Source of the DNA: Octopus sinensis
Lineage: Eukaryota
Length of the DNA stretch: 16,718 bases
Direction of reading: 5' to 3'
Assembly (NCBI RefSeq): GCF_006345805.1
Contig: NW_021825063.1
Span: forward strand, 1 to 16,718
Shown here: positions 8,698-16,718 of the stretch, one piece after another
How the letters are laid out: each line of letters opens with the position of its first letter
How positions within the stretch are numbered: the first letter of the stretch is position 1
The notes under the pieces: generated by a model
What the model saw: only the letters and a program-made list of their open reading frames with translations
Database searches by the model: none
Told to the model about the DNA's origin: nothing
Position numbers and translations under genes: made by a program

Positions 8698-11215
8698 CAG
8701 TAGTTTTATTTTTATAGCGTGCTTTCACTTCACTACCGCGCAGCTCTGTGTGCCTTGGGTATGTGCTGTGATTTGTTGTGATGCTCTGATGGTTATTGTA
8801 TGGAAAGTGTTCTGCGTAGGATGTGTGCAGTGCCTAGTAGTGCAATTTTCTGTATGTTATATGTGTTTGTAAGTCCTGTGTTTTTGTTATGTATTTGTCT
8901 GAATATTTTTTTAACATGCCTAATGCACCTACTATGATAGGAATTGTTTCTGTTTTCAGATTCCACATTCTAGTTACCTCTATTTCCAGGTCTTTGTATT
9001 TTGAGAGTTTCTCCATTTCTTTTAGAGACACGTTGTCATCAGCCGTATTGATACATCAATTAGAAAGCATTTTTTTTCTTCATGATCTCTGACAACTATA
9101 TCTGGTCTGTTGGCCTTAATTTCTCTATCTGTGTGTATCGGCATATCCCAGAGTATGGTTGCTTTCTCGTTTTCTGTGACCTTTTCTGGTGTGTGCCTAT
9201 ACCATCTTTTTTCTGTTGTTATTCCATAATGTTGGCATAGCTTCCAATGTATGTAGGTTCCAACTCTGTCATGTCTGTGAATATATTCCTTCTTAGCCAG
9301 GACTGGGCAGCTAGAGATAATATGATTTATTGTTTCTTGTCCATCTCCACATATTCTGCAGTTACTTGTTATATTTCTTTTCATTACATGTTTTTGGTAA
9401 TTTCTGGTGGGGAGGCTTTGGTCTTGTGCTGCAATTAAAAATCCCTCTGTCTCTGCTTTGAGTCCTGAGCTTCTCAACCATTGCTGGAATTTTTCTTTGT
9501 CTATTTCTTTTGCGTTTAGTTTAGTGCAGTATTTACCATGAAGGGGCTTTTCTTGCCATCCTTTTATCATGGTTCTTTGCTGTTCTATTTTTAGTTTGGA
9601 TTTCATTTGTTTTATAGCTTTTGTTGTTTCGTCATCTTCTTCTTCTTCTTCATGTTTATTAGGTGGTATGATTTCTTGTTTGTATTTGTCAGCTTCCTTA
9701 AATACTGAGAACAGTTTTTTGTTTTGCTCGTGTTTTGCCGCTATCTGGATCGGTTTTCCTTCCTTCTGAAGTAGATATTTTTGCAGTCCTATGGTGGTTA
9801 TTTTATAGTAGTTTTCCAGCTGTATAAGGCCTCTACCACCTTCTATACGTTGTATATATAGTCTTCTATGTCAGATTTTGGGTGATGCATCCTAGATCCT
9901 GTCATTATTTTTCTTGTTTTCCTATCTATTTTGGTCAGTTCATTCGTGTCCAGTTAAGGATATTGTAGCTGTAACTTATAACTGGGACAGCTAAAGTGTT
10001 GATACCTATTATCTTGTTTTTAGCATTGAGCTCTGTGTTTAGTATTGATCTAACTCGTCTATAATATTCTTTTTTTATTTTCTCTTTCATTTGTGTGTGT
10101 TGTGTCTTATCTAGTTCATGGATCCTAAGTATTTGTAAGTTTGGCTTTGGTCTAATTCTTTTATTTCATTGGTTTTATCTAGTGTGATGTTGTTACTCTT
10201 AACTAGTTTTCCTCTTTTCAGGGTTACTTTGGCGCATTTTTCTAATCAATTTCATATCTATTTCTTTGGTAAAGCCATGAACTGTCTTTAATAGTGTTTC
10301 CAGCTGTTGTCATTTGCAGCGTATAGTTTTAGGTCATCCATATATAAAAGGTGGCTGATCGTTTTGCCGTAACATTTATATCCGCATCCAGTTCTATTTA
10401 GCATATCAGATAGAGGTGACAGTGCCAGCAGAAAAGGAGTGGAGAGAGCGTCTCCCTGGAATATTCCTCTTCTAATGGGGATGTCTTTGGTTTTCATGAG
10501 TCCCTCTTTTGTTTGGAGGTGTAGGACTGTTTGCCATTTATTCATAGAGTGCTCTATGAATTTTATGATTGTTGGTGCTACTTTGTTAATGGCTAGTTTT
10601 TCGAGGATCCATGTGTGGGGGATGCTATCAAACGCCTTTTTGTAGTCAATCCAGGCCATACTGAGGCCTTTCTTCTTTCTGTGGCTGTCTTCAGTTATGG
10701 CTTTATTAATCATTAGTTGATCTTTACAGCCATATGAGCCTTTGCGGCATCCTTTCTGCTCTTCTTTTTTCCTAGTTCTTGGTAGAACTTTTTGGGGTTA
10801 GAGTTGAACTTTTTGTTTTCTTCAAAGAAGCGTTGGCGTTTCTTGTACCGGCGGATCCTTTGTGCTTTGGCAAGGATATCTTGCTTCAGCTTTTCTTTTA
10901 TTTCAGGCAAATCTTTCTCTGTGATGTTATATTTGCGGAGTATTTTTGTTCTCTTTTTGTTGCTCAGTAGCGTTGATTGTTTTCTGATTTCATTAAGAAT
11001 CGACAGGTCTTTTCTAATTTTTTAAATTTTGCTTTGGATGTTATTTATCCACAGGGTTTGTTTCGGTGGTGGTACTCCTGTTTGGGCGGGTTTGGGTGAG
11101 TATCCAGCTTCTTTTGTGGCTGCAGTGGCTGCTGCGTATATTAGGTTATTTAGCTCAGTGATATCATTTTTTTTTGATTCAGTGGCTATCAGTTCAGTGA
11201 CGGCTATGTTTATGC

Positions 11216-11217
<2 letters not shown>
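8698..11217 (-). mobile_element. R4/Dong-clade RLE non-LTR retrotransposon, copy 1 (5'-truncated, internally deleted)
   Basis: RT motifs [35 protein letters not shown] and YKYLG; HPKSDIE..EGGRGL; CRICxxxxETINHIISSC knuckle; RLE core RPDIV...CFLIDVS; C-terminus KIALLGTAHILRRTLSIQ*. (TAA)n lies at both junctions. Confidence 0.92.
8793..11217 (-). pseudogene. Disrupted ORF of Dong copy 1 (RT, zinc knuckle, restriction-like endonuclease)
   Basis: Stop TAA at 8793-8795 and YMDD at 10333-10344. There is an in-frame stop at 11022-11024 and several frameshifts (e.g. after ANDN, near SDIE, after LIDVSI). ORF-track pieces 8834-9031, 9022-9606, 10288-10713, 10713-10910 and part of 11022-11393 are its fragments. 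Confidence 0.9.

Positions 11218-11288
<71 letters not shown>
11218..11288. repeat. Pure (TTA)n tract at the 5' junction of Dong copy 1
   Basis: Direct inspection. Confidence 0.95.
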
Positions 11289-11846
11289 GAGTGAAAGAGC
11301 AGTGCATGCCACTAAAATGACACTGGGGTAAAATATACTAAGCGCAGTATACCCATCATGACTACCCGTCTGCTTAGGGTACACCAGGCACATGCATCAG
11401 AACCATATGTGCGCGACATGGTGATCTCATATCAAGATAAACAGCGCATGGCTTTGCAGGTGGGGCCCAGTTAGAATTTTCTTCTGATTGAGTAGCCTAT
11501 CCCGTTCAAACGGTCCCTGAAGAAGAATTGTTTAAGCATGTTGAACGAAACACCCATGTTTCCAAAGGTGAATTATCCAAACCTCTAAGAATTCCTTTCA
11601 ACACACGGCTATGATGCTCCCCCACTACTTCTGCTCATGATCAGAGATGCACATACATATCGTCAGCCACTAAGGGTCATGCTCAACTGGTTATGGTCAA
11701 ACAACGGACAAGCAAATCTGTGGTATTGAGCAGAATATTTGCTGTAACCCATCTTTCATACCAAGACAAAACAATGTACATGATAACACTTCCAATCAGT
11801 TAAGATCAGAAGCCATGAGAGCCACTGCCTGGTACTGCATCAGGGC

Positions 11847-11849
<3 letters not shown>
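11289..11849. mobile_element. About 560-bp non-coding element with sharp ends, bounded by (ATT)n on both sides; class and orientation unresolved
   Basis: A high-complexity, more GC-rich island with no long ORF, no TIRs and no terminal tRNA head. It sits between two pure TAA tracts like the adjacent LINE. Confidence 0.65.

Positions 11850-11922
<73 letters not shown>
11850..11922. repeat. Pure (ATT)n tract
   Basis: Direct inspection. Confidence 0.95.
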
Positions 11923-11923
<1 letters not shown>

Positions 11924-12000
11924 CTTTATGTATAAACCCTCACACTTAATGTCTGTCTGTGTTATGCCCTTCATCCTTTGCCCTTGTGGCAAATAAAAGA
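11923..12000 (+). mobile_element. Very short LINE-like 3' end with AATAAA and a short (ATT)n tail
   Basis: Ends gcccttgtggcaaataaaaga, similar to the minus-strand terminus gccctgtgtggctaataaaga near 15595-15617. AATAAA is at 11992-11997. Confidence 0.45.
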
Positions 12001-12016
12001 TATCATTATTATTATT

Positions 12017-12740
12017 CAGTAGTTTTAATTTTATAGCGTGCTTTCACTTCACTACCGAGCGCAGCTCTGTGTGCCTTGGGTGTGTTGTGATTTGTTGTGG
12101 TGCTCTGATAGTTACTGTATTGAAAGTGTTTTGCGTAGGATGTGTTGAGATACTCTGTAGGCGCACGAAAACTGCACATAGAGACATGATCAATGGTTTC
12201 ATTTTGTTGTAGGTGGGCATTGATCTCGGGCTGCTATGATAAACCCCTTTGTTTCTGATTTTAAGCCAGAAGACACTAACCATTTATGGGTAAAAGCTTT
12301 GTCAACATGGACATTATTCGATCTCTTTAGGTATTTGCCATTGATAGGTTTTTCTTGCCATTTATCAGTCAGAATATCTAAGGCAGCAGTTTTAGCTCGG
12401 GTTTTTATACGCTTAGCTTTTTCTGTGCTTGCTTCCAGTATGTCTAACACTGGGATTTGTTGTATTTGGAATTCACTTAGATATTATTTTGCCTGTTTTG
12501 TTATTCAGTATAATGTTTTCTTGTTTTCGTGTTTGGAGACAGGTTTTAACATCCAGTCATCAGGGTTTTTCATGTAGATGTTCAGGCCAATTGTGGTAAT
12601 CTTCATTGTTAATTCCAGTTGTAAAAGTCCACGGCCACTCTGCTTTCTTAGCAGGTAAATGCGTTCTATATCTCCGAACATAGTTTTCTTTTGTGGTGTT
12701 TTTAAACTTATGAATGGTTCACTCTGTCTGTGTTAGTTCG
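12017..12740 (-). mobile_element. R4/Dong-clade element, copy 2 (divergent subfamily, 5'-truncated, two internal gaps)
   Basis: Translates DIERIYLLRKQSGRGLLQLE...WQEKPINGKY...WLVSSGLKSETKGFIIAARDQCPPT, then QNETIDHVSMCSFRAPTEYLN, then HILRKTLSIQ*. Its 3' end matches copy 1 and abuts (ATT)n. Confidence 0.88.
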
Positions 12741-13237
12741 AAAAATGAAAATAAGATTTTTAAAATGGCAAAATGTTTTGATTTTGCTTTTGCTTCGTTT
12801 GTTATACATGCTTTCATATGCGTGAGTGTGTGTGTCCTGTAAATTTTACGTAGTTGTGTAAACATTGGGATGTATGTCTAGTCCTATGGGTATCAAGATG
12901 TATATATGATTTTGTAGACATACGAGCGTATGCGTAATTACTCAATTTATGTACTTACTCTTTTGTTCCATTTCTATTTCATAATTTGCAAATTTCCGGT
13001 GTTGATATCGCGTCTGTGTTTCGCATATGTTTCATTGAGACACCGTGCAAAGGAGAAATTGTGCTTTGTATGGCAGTAGAATATCGTTTCTTTTGTATTT
13101 TTTTTTTGTTAAAAGGCCGCTTCCTTCAAGTCTTCCACAGGTTCCTTTATCTACGTCTATCGATGTTATTGGATTAGATTTGTTTTCAAATGGGGAGCCT
13201 GGTTTAGTACATCCATGTTGTTATTCAGCGCGGGCCT

Positions 13238-13263
13238 TTCTTCTTCTTCTTCTTCTTCTTCTT

Positions 13264-13294
<31 letters not shown>

Positions 13295-13318
13295 TTATTA
13301 TTATTATTATTATTATTA

Positions 13319-13400
<82 letters not shown>
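13238..13400. repeat. Compound (CTT)n(ATT)n microsatellite
   Basis: Direct inspection. The poly-L/I/S/Y ORFs here are artefacts. Confidence 0.95.
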
Positions 13401-13401
<1 letters not shown>

Positions 13402-13847
13402 TAAATCTAGTTAAGCCCTGGTCGAGCACATCTATGAGAAAAGGGCGTCTATCGAGTTCAATATTTCGATTATATCAGGTTATGAAACGTGTCCATCTTT
13501 TAAGTTAGCATTTGTCCGCTATTGTAAATTGTCGAGTGGCCTGCTTGAAGGATATTCTTTCGTATCAACAAGATAAAATAAACACAAAGGTTGATTCACA
13601 TTATATGCTATTTGAAATGTTGGAGGTTATTGGATTTTCGGAACACATAAAAGGAAACCAATTTCCTCACATTAACACACTGCTTGTAATATTTGGTGCA
13701 TCTCCTAGGAAACGAAAAGGAATATAGCATGGATGATGCTTCTGAAAACGATTTTATTCCGAACGCGGTGAGGAATGAGTATGACTGTTTGTTTGTGTCA
13801 AAACTAGAAACATCAGTGGGAATTTCCAGTTAAAAAGGGATACTCAC

Positions 13848-13893
13848 CTCTCATGTACACTATCGCTGTGTGACATCATTTTTTCTGACGTTA
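13848..13893 (-). CDS. Candidate internal exon (46 nt; xTSEKMMSHSDSVHE)
   Basis: Consensus donor GAG|GTGAGT (plus actcac 13842-13847) and acceptor aaatttcag|; one open frame. No homology recognised. Confidence 0.3.
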
Positions 13894-14029
13894 CTGAAAT
13901 TTTCGCACGCTCAAAGAGAAATCAATTTAAGCCCATTGAAATTAACAGCCACAAACTCACACACTCACATACGCACACACATATGTATATATGCACATAC
14001 ACACACACACATATATATATGCATATATG

Positions 14030-14071
<42 letters not shown>

Positions 14072-14447
14072 TACGACACATCATACATACATATGTTACT
14101 ACCAAGGTGTCGAAGCCGTAATGATATCCATGGTGCAGCAGATGATGGAGGTATGTTCAATACTTGGTATAGCTGTTTTTGTATATGAGGTATAGTATTA
14201 TAACACATCCTTTTGAGATATATATATGTGCGTATATATATATATATAATATATTGGTAAAACGGTAAGATAACAAAAGAAAGAAAGAGACCTCAATATT
14301 ATGTAAATAGAGGAAATTTATCTATACAATAATATGTTAGAGATAACCAGATACAAATAGCCAGATAACCGAAGAGATGTCGTGGATTCCCACTTCGGCA
14401 TCTGAAACTCAGAGTTTTATCTTGACTATCGAGTAATGTAACATATT

Positions 14448-14495
<48 letters not shown>

Positions 14496-14496
<1 letters not shown>

Positions 14497-14693
14497 GAGG
14501 GGGTGCTGAAAAGTTCCTGGCTTTAAGGGTATCGAGAAAGGCCTCGCTGGAGTTCTTTTGCAGGGTTCAGAAAAACTAAAGCACAGCTGCAATAAGTGCG
14601 TGAATCTGAAAGGAGAATATGTTAAATAAAATCCTAACTGATCCTCCTATATTTTCTTTTGCTCACAGCCAGAAACTTCTCAGCAGACCCGCG
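14496..14693 (+). mobile_element. Mariner-derived MITE (198 bp)
   Basis: TA|CGAGGGGGTGCTGAAAAGTTCCTGGCT left TIR. The right TIR at 14667-14693 is complementary at 22/27 positions. Internal 14585-14629 reads SCNKCVNLKGEYVK*, like the mariner transposase C-terminus (W.KC....G.Y.E). Confidence 0.85.
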
Positions 14694-14729
14694 TGTGTGT
14701 GTGTGTGATAGAGAGTGTGTATTTATATA

Positions 14730-14755
14730 TGTACGTAGATATATATATATATATT

Positions 14756-14808
<53 letters not shown>

Positions 14809-14815
14809 TATACAT
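14730..14815. repeat. (TA)n microsatellite
   Basis: Direct inspection; similar tracts at 14030-14070 and 14450-14495. Confidence 0.9.
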
Positions 14816-15125
14816 ATAAAATAAGATGCAAAATGGGACAAGAGCGCAAGCATCCGGACAACTAGGTGATACAAAGGTGTATAAAAAAAAACATCCAGAT
14901 AGACGATAGAAAAAACAACACGGACGGATCATTCGAAGCCTTTTTACTTCAGTCAAGAACCGGATCATCCTCGCAATTTCAGCTGATTAATCTTGAGATT
15001 GCTCCAATCTGGCCAGCCCCAAGGAAAAACTAAGCTACGAGCATTAGATTCCTTGGAAAAAAGCAACGAATGTATACGAAACAAGGACGGAGAAACAGAC
15101 GATGTGAATTTCGGCTGATTAATCT

Positions 15126-15372
15126 TTATTGTATTTTGTATTTATATTCGAGTAACATCGCCACGCAGGGCCGAAAACAGAGGCGACAAAATACAATGTA
15201 GAGCTTTTCTTTTTGAAAACAGAAAAAAAAGTAGAAAAATAAAATTCCAATCAAAAGGGATCGTGAGAAAAGAAAAAAATAACGATCAAAATGTTATCGT
15301 GTATCAGAAAATGTTATCGTGTATCAAAAAAAAAGTGTAAAAAGCAAGATTTGGTTTATCCGTGGAAGGAAA
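15126..15372 (-). mobile_element. Older, diverged copy of the same LINE 3' UTR as 15591-15910
   Basis: Colinear blocks: cagggccgaaaacagag..tacaatgtagagctttt versus cagggctgcacacagat..tacaaggtagagctatt; caaaagggatcgt in both; ttatccgtgg(a/g)a in both. Confidence 0.65.
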
Positions 15373-15384
15373 AGACAAGCAGAA

Positions 15385-15416
15385 AGATAGCTAGACAGAT
15401 AGATAGATAGATAGAC

Positions 15417-15490
<74 letters not shown>

Positions 15491-15507
15491 GTACGTAGGT
15501 AGGTAGG

Positions 15508-15583
<76 letters not shown>

Positions 15584-15590
15584 AGATAGA
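15385..15590. repeat. (GATA)n microsatellite with GACA/GGTA variants
   Basis: Direct inspection. Confidence 0.95.
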
Positions 15591-16048
15591 TGTTTCTTTA
15601 TTAGCCACACAGGGCTGCACACAGATGGGCAAATTACAAGGTAGAGCTATTCTTTTTTGGAATGAAAAAAATAAGTGGGGTAGGTTTTCGATCAAAAGGG
15701 ATCGTAAAAGCGAAAAAAGAAAAAAAAGAAAAAAGGAAAAGAAGCAAAAGAAAAGAAAAAAAAAGAAGAAAAAAAAGAAAGGAAAAAGGGGAAAAAGAAA
15801 AAATCGGTCAATAGGGATCGTGTATCACAGTGTCATGATGTACGGTGTAAAGGGGGAAGCACATAAGGGTTATCCGTGGGAAGAAAAGCTTACGGAAAAG
15901 ACCACGGTAACCTCAGTCAATATTGTTACATGTCACCACATTTGTTTGCAATGGGTAACCCTGTTTTCAATTTCTGGGTTCATAGGATTATGCTCAAGGT
16001 GGCTTCGTCATTCATACGTGTCATCCTTGCTACATCCACCCATGTTTT

Positions 16049-16049
<1 letters not shown>
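15591..16049 (-). mobile_element. 5'-truncated LINE 3' end (ORF terminus, 3' UTR and AATAAA) flanked by (GATA)n on both sides; clade uncertain
   Basis: Minus-strand 16048-15980 reads [24 protein letters not shown]-rich UTR follows, ending gccctgtgtggctAATAAAgaaaca directly into (TATC)n. Confidence 0.6.
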
Positions 16050-16119
<70 letters not shown>

Positions 16120-16136
16120 GTAGATAGGTAGATAGG

Positions 16137-16216
<80 letters not shown>

Positions 16217-16231
16217 CTGATAGTTAGATAG

Positions 16232-16316
<85 letters not shown>

Positions 16317-16330
16317 TTAGATAGATAGGC
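16049..16330. repeat. Long (GATA)n microsatellite
   Basis: Direct inspection. Confidence 0.95.
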
Positions 16331-16718
16331 AAAAGGAATAGATTGTAACAGAGAGAAATATTAAAGCTGCATTACCGTTTTGGAAGCATTTCAGAAATGT
16401 GTTTACTATTTGACACCAGTTCATTACCCTAATTACAGGTATATGAATGAGTATACACACACTCACTCCTACTCACAGACACACGCATGTGTGTGCGTAT
16501 ATATATTATATATATGGTGGTTGTTATCGATGGTAGACAGTACCAACATCAATCAGGCATACATTAAGCTACAGAGGTACAAATTATGAATTCTTCGGAA
16601 TTTAGTCAGGTCAAATGACAGAACGATTTGAGGTAGGAATAAAACGTAAGAGCAATGCAAAGTTGATTAGAAGTATCTACCTATAGTGTATATGTATATG
16701 TATGTAGGTATATTTATG

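Noticed and set aside
11022-11393. 123-aa ORF running from the 560-bp element through poly-Asn into Dong sequence
   Set aside because: An accidental in-frame fusion across (AAT)n; it stops at 11022 and the downstream LINE ORF is broken.
11815-11850. Minus-strand hairpin with loop AUGCAGUAC resembling U2 snRNA stem-loop IV; also considered as an HDV-like ribozyme or C/D snoRNA
   Set aside because: Only about 9 nt of identity with no other colinear U2 blocks; I could not build HDV P1/P1.1/P3 pairings or a proper box C.
13112-13235. Peptide IDVIGLDLFSNGEPGLV loosely like a Gypsy integrase segment
   Set aside because: Too short, with no second catalytic motif and no other LTR-element features.
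13512-13727. 71-aa plausible-looking plus-strand ORF
   Set aside because: No recognisable motif, a non-ATG start in the track, and no clear splice signals.
14101-14172. Minus-strand LYQVLNIPPSSAAPWISLRLRHLG with J-domain helix I-II-like spacing
   Set aside because: No HPD motif follows, the acceptor is A-rich and the donor weak; most likely chance.
14965-15030. Possible third hammerhead (ggcug...cagcu-GAAA on the minus strand)
   Set aside because: No CUGANGA core upstream of the stem.
1-16718. CRISPR arrays, rRNA, true tRNA genes, prokaryotic operons or terminators
   Set aside because: None is present. The tRNA-like boxes belong to SINE heads and the regular repeats are microsatellites without spacers.

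Overview
AT-rich, microsatellite-saturated eukaryotic non-coding DNA. The SINE and LINE families look to me like octopod cephalopod (Octopus-type) repeats; that is pattern recognition, not a database result. No intact protein-coding gene is visible, and almost all ORF-track entries are translations of simple repeats. The only clear coding homology is two decayed minus-strand R4/Dong-clade non-LTR retrotransposons (RT with YMDD, CCHC knuckle, RLE endonuclease) at 8698-11217 and 12017-12740. These sit in a same-site pile-up of elements separated by (ATT)n/(TAA)n tracts from about 8.4 to 13.4 kb, including a 560-bp non-coding element bounded by TAA tracts on both sides. The window also has four tRNA-derived SINE copies with internal microsatellites, two degenerate minimal type-I hammerhead ribozyme motifs, a mariner MITE, a 59-bp-arm foldback, LINE 3' ends associated with (GATA)n, and a few unconfirmed short exon candidates.
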